From contig ADNK01001747.1 in NCBI GenBank assembly GCA_000320545.1, positions 1 through 53,587 of the forward strand: a stretch of DNA of 53,587 bases. The letters are read 5' to 3'. Origin of the DNA: Bigelowiella natans CCMP2755 (lineage: Eukaryota; Protista; Cercozoa). How positions within the stretch are numbered: the stretch's first letter is position 1; each line of letters opens with the position of its first letter. Below the pieces are notes generated by a model. That model ran no database searches, was not told the origin of the DNA, and saw nothing but the letters and a program-made list of their open reading frames with translations. Positions 1 through 12,849 of the stretch are shown one piece after another. A program made the translations under genes and the position numbers.

Positions 1-52
1 TCCTCTCCCCTCCCCTCCCTCCCTCCCTCCCTCCCTCCCTCCTCCTCCTCAC

Positions 53-533
53 CATAAGATATCGCTGCCTCGTCTGGAAGACAACGCTGATCAACGTCTT
101 GAGAACGACCGCTATGATCCCGATCACCTGCCCACCGAGCTTGCTTTGCTTCAGCTGATGGTTGGGGCAAAAGGGAACAAATAATGGGAGACTTTCAGTT
201 TGTTATTTTACAATAATGATCAGAGTACTCAAACTGCTTTGTCTCCGCCCTCATCTATGTTGTGGGGGGTAAAGAGAGGGGGAGGGGGAGGGGGGAAGGA
301 TTGTAAGAAAGGAGAACCCCGTACATTCCAACACCGCAAACGATAACGAGAATCGACCCAACTGTGTGCCGCGTAACCTATTTTATGGGAAAGCACTCAT
401 CGTTAATAGCTATGCTCAGCCAAATAGGAATGGAGGGCAAAGCTGTACAACAGTAGCAGATGGCGTGTGACAAAGAGTACGGGGGGGAGGTATATGGTGA
501 TAAGCAGCTAATAAAAACAACGGCGCAGAAGGA

Positions 534-571
<38 letters not shown>

Positions 572-1265
572 AGTCGTCCATCTACCTTAAACTTATTCTC
601 CTTGAAGAATACCGCCTCAATGGGAAGAGAAAAGAGCGGGCATGTACTACCTGAATAGGGAGGAATAGAAGACGAAATGCGCGTCACAAACGGCGACCGT
701 TAGAACAGGTCGGAGAGATCATTCACGCCGTCATCGTTATCAAAATTGTCACCATCATCATCCTAGCTTCTATACTTATTCATTGCTAGAGAGACAATCG
801 TAAATGACATCTTGAAGAAGCAGCAGCTTTCCTCCTCCTCCTCCCCCTCGTCCTCCTCCTCCCCCTCTTACGATGACGACGACGACGACGGCGACTACTA
901 CTGCTGCTGCTACTACTACTTCTGCTTCAACTCACTTATCACAACGTATGTCCCCAGCGTGCAGTAATCGTATGCAACCATAGAGAACACCACTTTCCCT
1001 AGAACAGTATCAAACGAAGTCAAAGAATGAATGCTGTGCCGACAATTTTTTATTTAATATCGATTTAATTTTGATATGCATTTTTTCCCTTTTACTCGTT
1101 TTAGCCAATGTTCTGCCCCCCCCCCCCCCCCCCCTCCCCCGTTGCCTTCATTAGCAACAGCCTTTTTACCGGTAAAACACACCGAGACTGGGCTGTATCG
1201 CAAGAAATCTCGAAGTCCCCTGAAGAAGCAGCATATATAGCTTTTTAAGCACAACACTTCACTCC

Positions 1266-1302
<37 letters not shown>

Positions 1303-2277
1303 GCGAGGGATGAACAAAGAGGGAAGTTATCGGAGTAAAATACGCACCATCCACTGAGAAAGCAGAAAAGGGAGAAAGAGAACAATGTGGGGACGGGGGG
1401 GGGAGGGGAGATGGTTGGCAATGTATTCAAATGAAAAGCTATAGGTTTGCCCCATAGCGGGTGGGCGCTTTCGTCGCTCAGAAGCTTATTAGGTTTCTTA
1501 TACGTTGCGGCGATAGATCACCATCATTAATCTTCTCACCCTAGGTGTATGCGTTTATAGAAGATCCCATAGATTGCAAGGAAAAAGGCACCGAACGTCG
1601 TTTGGACCGCGAGTAGCAGCTGAACATTAAACAAGGACGATAGCGATCAATCAGGAGGCATAGAGCAACATAATTCGGTGTAATTCTCGAGGACCAGAGG
1701 GCGTTTGAAGGCAGTAATAGCCAGTTTTTGGAAGCAGCTTGTTCCAGCACTTGATGCCATATAGCTCAGAATTGCAATGATCGGATTCCACGTCTCCTCT
1801 TGGAACTAATATGAACAAGCCATTTTCGGGGAGGGGGGGGGGGGGGGGGGGGAAGCCGGGGGAAAGGAGGGGGGAGGGCGATGGAGGCAATGTCAATGCA
1901 AATCGGAAACGACGCAAAGTAAGATGCGAATAGGGAACATAGGTCAGTGTGATAATAATATCGTTGTCCGCATGTTAGTTCTTGACAGCACACACAACCT
2001 GTGCCGTGGATACGGGTTTGGAAGGAGCATTGTCCGATGAATTTTTTCCACTCTTCCCTATTATCGGAAGATGCGGAAGAATTGTTGTATTAGGTAGTGA
2101 GTGCAATTATGATGAGGTCAGATCACTTTAGCAAACTAGACATGGAAGGCTGTGCGATTCCCCCCCCCCGAACTGTGGAGAGTAGTTTGTTAAGCCTCCT
2201 TGAAAGAGGTTTTCTATACCCGAGTCTCTTTGCAAAGGAGTATAGCGATCACCGTTTTTTCCAGTGGCCACATCCAT
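53..2277 (-). CDS. Nucleotide-sugar transporter (SLC35/TPT superfamily, GDP-mannose/GDP-fucose transporter-like), multi-exon, 3' end beyond the left edge
   Basis: Phase-compatible GT-AG exons give MDVATGKNG|KSGKNSSDNAPSKPVSTAQ|ETWNPIIAILSYMASSAGTSCFQKLAITAFKRPL|LLLAVQTTFGAFFLAIYGIFYKRIHLG|GLRDFLRYSPVSVCFTG|KVVFSMVAYDYCTLGTYVVI|SSTCPLFSLPIEAVFFKENKFK|VTRHTVGSILVIVCGVGMYG|LKQSKLGGQVIGIIAVVLKTLISVVFQTRQRYLM. The TM pattern resembles VRG4/GONST. The start codon and substrate are inferred. Confidence 0.8.
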
Positions 2278-2923
2278 TTCGATCTGTTCTGAGAGAAAGG
2301 ACACTTCAGGAGAAGGTTGGATATGGTACTTTTGCCTCCCCCCGTAAAGCAAGGGCAACAACGATGTAGCTCAGCATCTGGGCAGAGAAGGGCAAAACAT
2401 GATCGATACCCCCTCCAAAAACTTAGCGAGAACCCGCCGTTCTCACCCGTTTGAGCGGGTTCCCCAACCGCTAATGCTTCCGTCGGTTTGACTACTACTC
2501 CAAACTGCGGCAGGGGCAGCTTCTTGTAAATTCTGCCGAAGCAGACGGAAATCTTGTGATTTTGCACATGCGACATCAAACTTTATTGGATTTTTCCCTT
2601 ATTTTGAGGGGATTCACAGCGTATCGGAAACACCCGTTCTATCGGAAATGCCTCCGACTTTTATCTCCCGGTCACAAGGATTCTATCGTTTGCTTCGATG
2701 TCGCGAGGGGAGAGCCTCCTTGGAAAGCAGAGGAACTCATTTAGCACTTTACCGGTAAATGCAGACAAAAACATACACTGCGACAACTGTAACTTGTTGT
2801 CTCTCGCTAGTACTATCAAATGTTTTCCTCAAAATTCGTGTCGATTTTAGACCAGAATTCATCGAAGATATATCCCAAAGAAAGCTAAGCCGAAAGGAGC
2901 TTCAGTGGGGGGAAGGGCTCGCA

Positions 2924-3601
2924 ATGCCGCCCACGCCGCCGCGCGAGGTAGGTTCTGATGGCTGATCCCCTCTCCCGCTATCCTTTCTGACCAATCAAAA
3001 CTGAGTGGAAATCGCGTGTTTTCCAAAGGTGCCTCCATTGGCAAAGATGCTGGCCGGAGGGACCGCGGGAATGATGGGTCAGTGCAACGAGAAGCACAGC
3101 ACATCTTCCGTTTACCCTGATATGTATCTATCCATCGTTATCTTAGCGAAGACCGCGGTGTCTCCCATCGAGCGAGTGCGCATTCTAGCTCAAACTGGAG
3201 GTGCACGATAATAAAACTTACCGTATTTACCCCCCCCCCCTTTGAACGTGCGTCACAATGGGGAATTCTTCTTGTCAGAGGCGCAAGGGATGAGCGCCTA
3301 TGCTACAGCCGTAAAAATCGTGAATGAGGAAGGTATTCTTGGACTTTGGCGGGGTAACACAGCAAATTGTGCCCGTGTGTTTCCCTCGAAGGTCTGCTGT
3401 GTAACTCATTCAAGTGTAGCTGCTAGATTTTGAGCTTGTTATTTCCACGGATGGAAACAGGCCGTGTTATTCACCGCAAATGATCTTTGGAAGACGAAGC
3501 TAAGCTGGGTTCTTGGCGGCGATGTACGTTGAGTAAAGCTGCATTATATTATGTTATATGTGTAAGTATGTCGAGAGGGAGGGGGAGCGGAATGGAAGAG
3601 A

Positions 3602-3632
<31 letters not shown>

Positions 3633-4648
3633 GGAAGATCTGTAATGTTTGTGTGAGTTCTTAGATATGTGGTGTGTGTGTTTTTGTGTGTTTGGTTGGT
3701 CCAGGTTCGGGGCCTGGGCTTCTTCTCGGGTTCGATGGCAGGAATAACCGCGAGGTACGCGTAGCGTTAATACTATAACTATATGTTCGTGAAGCAACTG
3801 TAGATGTATACCCAGTGTCGCGACGTATCCGCTCGACTTTGCTCGCACTCGATTGTCTGGAACGTACGCTAGCTCAACACGTAAGACGAAGAAGGATAAT
3901 AAAAATAAGAAGAAGAAGAAGAACAAGAACAAGAAGAAATAAGTCTCACTCACATCTACTACAATGCCAGCAGAACAGCACAAACCGGCAAACAGTCGAG
4001 TAGTAGCGGCGAGTCATAAATTCGCCGGCGTTTCATCTGATGTTAACATATCCATTGAGAAAGGCAGAAGACAACCAGTAATGATTGGCTAGACTGCTGA
4101 TATGTTTTCTTGCAGAGGCGAGCTCAATGATCTCTGTTCTCACGGATACGGTGCGGAAAGAAGGAGTGATGGGGCTGTACAAAGGTCGCAGCAATGAGCC
4201 TTTCTATCCAGCACTGATGACGATGATTCTCAAGTGTAGTAGCAGCCTATTTAAAATGTTATTGATATGAACACTGCTTTTCCTTAGGTGTTGGACCGAC
4301 GATAGCAGGGGCATTGCCGTATGAGGGCATCAAGTTTGGGTATTTAGACTATTTTGAGAACGAGCGAGCTCACGGCATTTCTGGAAGAAATGATCGTCAA
4401 TCGACCCGTAGATTTCTGTTTTGAATTCGTAATATGCGCTTTGCGGCATTGGCAGTGATATTTCCTCCTTCATTCTGTGGTGTTTCCGTCGCGCGCTCAG
4501 ATGCTATGACCTACTCGTCACGACGTGGGCCAAAGACGAAAGCGGGAACGTCTCGATAACAGGGAAGTTTTGCTGCGGAGCAGCTGCAGGCACCGTTTCC
4601 GGGTACCACTTTCATCACAACGCCCAAAACACGCGAAATCACGTCGAA

Positions 4649-4684
<36 letters not shown>

Positions 4685-5263
4685 GTGTGTTTTTGTGTGT
4701 GTGTCCTCTACCTGCGCTATTAGAAGATTATGTTTGTATGTCAGAATACTTGGTTTTTTATTCTAATTTTTGCTGTGTGTTAGTTTTATAACTTTCCCCC
4801 CCCTTCTTCTTCCCCCCCCCCCCTCCCCCCCTCCCTTCATGGATCTCCTATGTTCCATCTTTGTTACTTTCCCTTGGTTAGATTCGTGCTATACCCAAAC
4901 GACACTGTTAGGAAGCTGATGCAGATGCAGCGAGAGGGCGATAAGCTCTATGATGGGGCGCTGGATTGCTACCGCAAAGTGTACAGAAACCATGGTATTG
5001 CAAGGTACGTTGTCCATCAAACAGCATAGCGACTAGGAGCATATCATGTTGCCATTCGTTGTAGTCTTCTTAGGCCTTAACGACTAGCCATTGGCGCCAT
5101 TCGTAAGAGTCTATTGTTATGAATTGCTTTGTTCCTGCTCTGCTGCCTCTATTGCCGCAGGTTTTACAGAGGCATCCTTCCGTACCTCTCAAGAATGGTG
5201 CCGAACGCTGCGATTCAGTTTGGCATATACGAGTCGTTTAAGCAGTTTTACTTGGCTAGATAG
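2924..5263 (+). CDS. Mitochondrial carrier family protein (SLC25; adenine-nucleotide/CoA carrier-like), about 12 exons
   Basis: Spliced product has three Px[DE]xx[RK] motifs (PIERVR, PLDFAR, PNDTVR) plus LAGGTAG, EEGILGLWRGNTANCARVFP, EGVMGLYKGVGPTIAGALPYEGIKFG and FYRGILPYLSRMVPNAAIQFGIYE. ATG at 2924, TAG at 5261-5263. Confidence 0.93.
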
Positions 5264-5808
5264 CAGACAGCGTCGCCACTCGACGATCGAATGATCACCT
5301 TAAATTTTAGAACAATGCTGTCGTGTTTGCTGCATTCTTGCGAGAGTTTGAATGCTTCAAGTTGCAATCGGTTTCCCGGCGATATGCAAACGACATTGTG
5401 AGTGGTTTCACCTAATACTATAGGAGCTAGTAAGATCAAACATCATCATCATTATTGTACAATCGATCGACTGGCGCAACTCTCTCAGCAGACAGGTCGC
5501 TGGATTAGACGAGACCATATTACTAGTCTGCTGTGTTCTACATATATCGATTTACTTATATTTATGCAAGAACATACAAAATTACATGTTACAGCAATGT
5601 ATGAGCTGCCGTAGCGCCAGATTGCGCACGACTACTCTGAGATTACAACCGAGCTATGAAATATCGATGCAACGGTGATGTTCTCTTGTTCCGCATTGTT
5701 TAGAAAACGAAACGGCGCGGCAGTAGCGCTCGGCTCGCCCGTGCTTGCTAGCCTAGCTAGCTGGTCTACTGTGGTGTGACGCTAGTAGTGCAGCTACAAA
5801 GCACCGAC

Positions 5809-5902
5809 CAGCCCTGCGCATGTGCATACCTACCGTGGTCATCACTACACACGTACAGCCCTGCGCATGTGCATACCTACCGTGGTCATCACTACACACG
5901 TA
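5809..5902. repeat. Perfect 47-bp tandem duplication
   Basis: cagccctgcgcatgtgcatacctaccgtggtcatcactacacacgta at 5809 and again at 5856. Confidence 0.95.
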
Positions 5903-7537
5903 GCCCATCCTAAGGATAAGAAAGATGCGGCTAGATTGCTAGATTGGGTTTACCAAAACGACGACTTGCACGTGCGACGATCATGTCAACGTTAAAACCC
6001 TGGAAGAAAAGGATCGGAGCAAGTGAAGACGGACAAGGAGCATACTGAGAACATGAATGATGAGGATGATGGTATTTCATGGTATATCTGCCATCAGCTG
6101 CTGGTGGATGATGATGGCAGTTTTAGTATACCTGCATAACGTCAGATGCTGGTAGTGGAGTGCTGCCTATGTTTACACGACATAGCGATTCGAACTTACC
6201 TGGGGGGGCGAAAAACGAGCATTAGTTGTCAAAGACAGTTCGATTCACAATTGAAAGAAGCGCTTGGAAATTTGATATGCTCAGCTTGACATAGCAAAGC
6301 TATGAAAACACATGTGCACAAATTAGCGTAGGAGGCTAAATCTCGCTCTTAAACTTTGTATGCCATGCTAACTAGCTAAGCTGGCGAAGCAGAACTCATT
6401 GCCTGCTAGTCAGAGCTGCGAACGTACGCATGTATATATACTGCATTATTGCACAGCTACATTAGGATGACCACATTGAAAAATCTTAAACATTTCATTA
6501 CATCCGTCTCACACATGCACTTTTACAACAGCGCGCCGCTGCAACGCGGCATGCTATTGTCATGAGGACGACAGTCAACTACGCACACAGGTGCGCAAAT
6601 TGCATTGCAAAGTACAGCTTCTCATTGCATCATGTGGCACATTGCTAGACTGCCCATGATAGCATCGCATGGGTTGTTGTTCTGACCTGCTCGCAAGCAT
6701 GCAAAGGCTTGTTCTCCTCGGTGGCAAGCTCATGTGTGCTCTGCTGCATTTCAACATCTGAAACATGCTGACCATCGCAATGCGGTCCACTGCAGCCTTG
6801 TCACACAGCATACATGTACAAGACGAGGCCAACAATGATGGCATAGTGTTTTTTAGACGAAGCCACCGTCAACATCGACGTGGAAGTCTCTCAATTGCAA
6901 ACACGCACGTGCTGCTATCAAAGAAGAATCATGTAAATAGCAGTCGTGAGTAGCGACACGGTTATAGCTGCAATCCCGGATATCAACGAAAGCCACGTCG
7001 TTTCGCTCCGGAAGACCTTTTCATTGAGCCAAACAAGCAAACAATACAAATTATTCGTGTGTGGGAATTATGGATATTAAGGAGAACAACACGCACGTCT
7101 ATCTTCATATCAAAACGATCTTCTGATGGGATTGGCCGTGTTTGTAACCGTGTTTGTACAACACGGTTAGCACTTGAAATGCGCTGAGTGAGCAAAGATG
7201 ATTCTTGCGACTCACGCTAGACCAGTGCAATGTTGCACGGAATGAAATGATGAATATCTGGCCTTTGATTCAATTCTGGTCGGCTAGATTTGCTTGAAAC
7301 GAAACGCCATTATCGGCGCTTGCTACTTGCAGCTTTTGCTTGAAAATTGAAAAAAAGCTCATTTTCACAACTCGACGCTAGTGCGGATTACCTTCAGTGA
7401 CATTGCTATTGGAAGGACGATTGCGGTCATTGACATACAAAGCAATCCTGCTCAGGTAGTAGACAAAGAGGATGAGGAGGAGTAGGAGGACGACGAAGAA
7501 TACAATAATGATGAAGGGCATAGCAGCAAAGTGATGC

Positions 7538-7590
<53 letters not shown>

Positions 7591-8396
7591 ATCCACAGAG
7601 ATAGTCACCATCATCAATTATCAACTTCAAGAGCTAATTGCTACTGCATACCCAATTACTACCTGTAAGCTCTAAGATGAGATCCAGGCTCTCCATCAAC
7701 AACACACACCCCGCTATTGTGATGAAATATACTAAATATCTACAAAGCACACACGTTTGCGATCACGAACAATGAACGGGGTCAATAAATCAGTAAGCCA
7801 ACTGCTGATGGACTCTCGCGAATATGATGAAAACGAAGATTTGTTCGAGGGGGAGGGGGGGGGGGAGGAGGAGCTCGCGGATCGCAATCACTTGCGGAAC
7901 AGCACAAAATTATGAGCGATATTGTGGATATTCTATTTCACAAACGAAGCCACCAACGACTGCAGAGCAGTGAGGCTTAAATACCTAATATCTTAGTGTA
8001 AAGGCGATATATATATATATATATATATATATAATAAGTACCTCATAGCGCGGCGACCAGCGCGTCCAACCTGCGTGCATTGCAATGTTTTCATCACAAA
8101 TTCAAGAGCGGTTTTATCATTCTTCCATTCTTCACATTGCAACCGTTTTGAAAGTGGGAACAATCAGCATCTATGCAAACGATGTGCGGCTCAATCAGCA
8201 GTACCTGGAGATTTAAAGCTGCTAAAGGTATTTCTGTTGTCATAGCGATGAAGGGGGGAGTCGTAGCAAAGCTAGCAGCCGCCACCATCAGCGATATGAG
8301 AGAACCTGTGCAGATGGTGATGATGATGAGCGAAATAACATAATGTCTTTAGGGAATTTGCTTTTCTCTCTGTATTGATTGAAATTCATAAATTGG

Positions 8397-8436
<40 letters not shown>

Positions 8437-8707
8437 TTCTGTTATAGTGACTAAGATTCCAACGATTCTCAAACTGAAGGCTGCTAACACTCCGCGACAG
8501 CATGGAATTTCGTCACACTACACACATCGTATGAGTACTGAAGTGTTTGGCATTCAGCTTGCTACTTGTAATTAGATGATGGCGGTGGTGGTGGTGGTGA
8601 TGATGATGATGAAAATCATCGAGGAAGAAAGGAAATGCTCGTGAAAAGTACGTACCCCAAGCATCATTCTGCATTAGGTTGTCTATGATGAGGATCTCGG
8701 ACCTGAT

Positions 8708-8745
<38 letters not shown>

Positions 8746-8776
8746 TTTAATATAAATACATATTAATATAAATTTA

Positions 8777-8817
<41 letters not shown>

Positions 8818-8992
8818 GTGTGTGTATATTTACGTGCAGGTAATATCTCTCGACGTACTTTTGGCCATACGTGAAGAAGCCCCCCACCGTCATTGCAAAG
8901 CAGAAGACAGCTATAACAACGAAGGAAATCACCATCACGAGCGGGAATTCGCTCCGACTTTGAATCTAGAGAAAGGGGGAGGGAGAGGGAGA

Positions 8993-9032
<40 letters not shown>

Positions 9033-10245
9033 AAAGAGCGAGAGAAAAAGAGAAGAGAAAGAGCGAGAGAGCGATATGGTAGCACAACAGTGACATAATC
9101 GGGATCAGATTATGTTGGATATAAACGGAAATAATAGCTCTATTTTTCTCTCTCTGTGTTTGTTTGTTTGTTTGTTTGTGCATGTGTGCGTGCGTGTGTT
9201 TGTGTGTCATCATTTCCTCTCCTATTCTTGGCACTCATTCCGTGCTACTACTCGCGACTATACAGCAGCACTCACATGCCCCCGCTATTCACTAGTCGCG
9301 ACCACACGCAGCAGCAGTACGTGTACCTGCTGGTAGATGCTCGGAACGGCTGGAGTCCCCGACCCCAGCGCAACCATTTGTAGCCCCTGGAATTGAGACA
9401 ACGATACAAAGAAATCATGCAATGACAGCATCACCCTCCACTGCTACCGTTGCATGCGAGCATGCGCAGAAGGCCCCGCGCAAAGCTTAAGATCGCATAT
9501 CATACATCACCCAGGTACTACCACGGCACGGGCAAAGCCTTTGATTGTCACCTGGGGAACAAAACGCACACACAACATCGAATGAAAATAGCCGCCTCAC
9601 CCGCCGGTGTTTTGTTGATGGGAGAGAAGGGGAAAAAAACGGGGGGGGGGGGGGGGGGGTGGGGGGGAAAATGATAAATTTCAACTATGCTACTACTACT
9701 CCGGCTGCTACTAGCTGCCCCGTTTGCTAAAAGGGGGTTTTTAGGGACCCCTCCCAAAAAAAAAGAAATAGCCCCCCAATATTCCACCAAACCGTGGGAG
9801 CAAGTTTTTTTTTAAAAGAGAGAAAAAAAAAAAAAAATGATGATGATGATGATGGTGGTGTTGACGATGACGTCAGAAGAAACACCTCCAGAATATATAT
9901 AGCAAATGAATGTTGATGGCCGCCCCCTCTCTTCTCTTGACGCTATCATCATCATCATATTGATGACAATCATAATCGTGATCCTCATCATCATCACAGA
10001 TATACGAGCAGCAAACATACCACATCACTTCTAGCAGCAGTACCAAATGCGTTGATATACGCCATATTAGACCATTCATCCTTCCACACAAAAGGCAGGA
10101 GCAAACAGGTGCTTAATGCTGCCCCTACCCCGTACGGGAGACTATTGGCGATGATGCCGTTTGGGAGAAGGGGGGGAGGGGGGGGGGGAGGCCGGGAATA
10201 AATTAAGAATTTGTAAAAGGGGGATAAAAACATTATGATATACAC

Positions 10246-10285
<40 letters not shown>

Positions 10286-10673
10286 TACTAAAGTTAAATA
10301 GTTTTTATATGCTTTGCACGCGTGAACGAGTGCCTCTTCCTTTCCAACTCCGCAGAGCATTAGGAAAAACCAAAAAAAGCCCCCTTTTCCCCGGTGATTA
10401 AGTTTTGCAATTTCGTTTTGGTTTCTAGATGTGCGGCGACCCTATTTTGGAGAGAACATCCCACGTGGTCAGCACAAGCACCATTGCGGTTCCAAGGAAC
10501 TCTCCGATGAGAAATCCTCCAGATGCTGATCGAAGTTGGCCATAGAGCACATCAACCCACCCTCGTTATCATCGCCACGCCGTGATTGGAACGAATTGAA
10601 GAAGATTAAACGTTTCGATATAACCGCACCGAGAATGCAGTTTATATTAAATTATAATTAATACACATATATG

Positions 10674-10718
<45 letters not shown>

Positions 10719-11140
10719 ACACATTATAATCTGCACTGCAGATTAGCGATCTCAGGGCAACATGCACATGTGTGTGTGTGTGCGTTTCAGTCGTTGTTTT
10801 GCTGTAATCGGATAGGCATCGGAGGGAGAGCGGTCAGTCAGTAGTAGCATCACCAAAGGTGCCAAAGGAACCGAAGGCCTCTCGAGAGATTTGGAGATAA
10901 GACCCAACTTCGCTGAATATGACGATTCACACAACAACGCACGAAAACTGTTCAGACAACGAATAGAGGGGTTGGGGGGGGGGGGGGGGGAAAATGGGCC
11001 ACGGGTTGAATTCCAATGATGGATGGGGTGCAGGGAGGCAGGGTTATGTCAACCTTCTTTCCCTCGTCTTAAACTGATCATATAGCCGCACAAGATTCTC
11101 GGCGCTCATGTAGCACAGAACGAGTAGCACTAGCAGAACC

Positions 11141-11173
<33 letters not shown>

Positions 11174-12345
11174 AAGCCACAAGCTCGACGTGTGAGTTGT
11201 GTTTGATGTTGGCGAGAATATCCCCTCCTCCCCTTTTTTTATCCTGCCCGTCCTCATTGCCCACACCGACTCTGTCTTATGTATAGTAGTTGAAAGGAGG
11301 AAGATGCCGTCCTCGGCTCGAGTGTAGCCATTGATCTACCGCATTGTTTAATTGGAAAAGGCCCTCCTCTTCTTCATCTTCTGCTTTTTTCTCTTACATA
11401 AGCACGTTTCGTCGCTGTGAGACTTACCAGTAAGGCCTCCCAACCCCCGACAACGAGTGAGTAGGGCAAGCTCCACAGGCCGACACCTACATACCTGTTG
11501 GCCAGAAAGGAGGGGGGGCGGGGGGGCGGGAAGGGGATTGGGGTTAGGGAGGAGGAGGAGGAGGAGGAGGAGGGTCGGAAAACTACGGGTTCGTGGAATT
11601 AATGATACTGCTGAACGACTCGTTTGCCTGGGAAGTTTCCAGCATTTTGTGTGTCGCATGCGCGCGTGCGAGAAGGCCCCGAAGATGCGGGTGGACTCAT
11701 ATCGTTCTTATTACATGTTTACGATGTTGTAGGACGCCTCTGATCCCGTCTGGAGGCGTGTTGACTCCTCTTGCTCCCATTCCCCGCCCTCCTTCGGAGA
11801 CAGCGCCAGGTCGTCATCTAGGTGGTCGGCATCATCATCGAAGCTTCCCCCTCCTTCTTCTCCTTCTCTCCGCTTTTCGTCGGCCCGGGCTGTAGGAGAG
11901 TCTAATACGTCGCTAAATCTCGCCGCTTGTTCTCCAGGATAATCTTCATACGTGTGTCGTCCCCCGCCCTTGCTAACTTGGCTATACTTGACCACCCCCC
12001 CCGCTCCCTCCGAGCCCCTCCTCTGCATGTACTGACCAATAGTGGCTGCGGTGAAAAGGGTGAATAGCGCTAGGAGCGACGGTACGGTTACGGATCGCGG
12101 CAAAGGGACATCACCTGCATGTTTTCGTAGAATTTAACGATGCAAAACGGTCTGTAATCATCTATACCTAGCGTTTGATCAAAGCACGTACCCATCGTTC
12201 GCATCGACAATAGAAGATCCACCGCCCCAGCGCTGTAAAGGAAGGCCGAAAGACAAACGCCGCCGATGAACAAGAAAAGCGCCCCGTTCGCGCAGGGGCA
12301 TTCAGGGAGGGAGGGCAGGGAGGGTGCCTCAGTTTTTACCTTCAT
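5881..12345 (-). CDS. Amino-acid transporter, Aa_trans family (vacuolar AVT1-like), multi-exon; 3' end below 7392 uncertain
   Basis: Spliced exons: ASYNIVNM|YVGVGLWSLPYSLVVGGWEALL|VLLVLLVLCYMSAENLVRL..; EFLGTAMVLVLTTWDVL; LLLPFVWKDEWSNMAYINAFG; GLQMVALGSGTPAVPSIYQQ|IQSRSEFPLVMVISFVVIAVFCFAMTVGGFFTYGQ; LDLILELTG|LLCMSMTAIVLPIAMSLK. These follow the AVT1 motifs NxxxGVGxLSLPY, FPxIY and LP in order. Exons between 5881 and 6200 are tentative. Confidence 0.88.
6452..6516. repeat. Dispersed ~60-bp repeat, copy 1 (copy 2 at 45340-45401)
   Basis: agctacattaggatgac(cac)attgaaaa..ttacatccgtctca is shared with 45340-45401 in the same orientation. Confidence 0.8.
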
Positions 12346-12454
12346 CCTCTGCACCGCACGAGGCCACGTGCACTTCGAAGGGGGAGGGGGGAACTAGCTG
12401 GAGCGAGGAAAGCTTATTTTGGATTAAAATTTCCAGATGTTTCTTCGGCATTTA

Positions 12455-12466
12455 TTTTCCGGAAAA
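12455..12466. promoter_or_regulatory. Palindrome TTTTCCGGAAAA in the divergent intergenic region between the Aa_trans and APMAP-like genes
   Basis: Perfect 12-bp palindrome between ATGs at 12345 (-) and 12850 (+). Variants occur in the other four divergent gaps. Function is inferred only. Confidence 0.4.
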
Positions 12467-12849
12467 GGAGGGAAAATAACGAGCGCCTGCAGCTTAGTTT
12501 CCCAGAAACCGCTCATCGCGCGTTTTTAGGTACTACTACTACTACTACTACTACTACTACAACTACTGTTATGGACAACACAGTCTGAAAAGCTGTTTCC
12601 TCATTCATCAGGGAAAAGGATGCCGAAATCATAGTGTGACATGGGAATTCGGCACTAAAATAATTAAAAATGTTAAAAATTGAAAATATCCGTTTTTTAC
12701 GAAATACTGTGCGTTTTGTTAAAAAATGTTCGTGTAATCTATGTCGCAATTAGAATATCGATATCTCTCCTTCTCGCGTTCGTTCTACCCGAAAATACCG
12801 AATCCCCCCCCTCCCTTTCATCGCTACTGGAGGATAGATGGATCGATAG

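Noticed and set aside
6452-6516. Kinase-like ETDVMK..HPNV reading on the minus strand of the dispersed repeat
   Set aside because: Needs a frameshift in one copy and has a stop in the other; no flanking kinase motifs.
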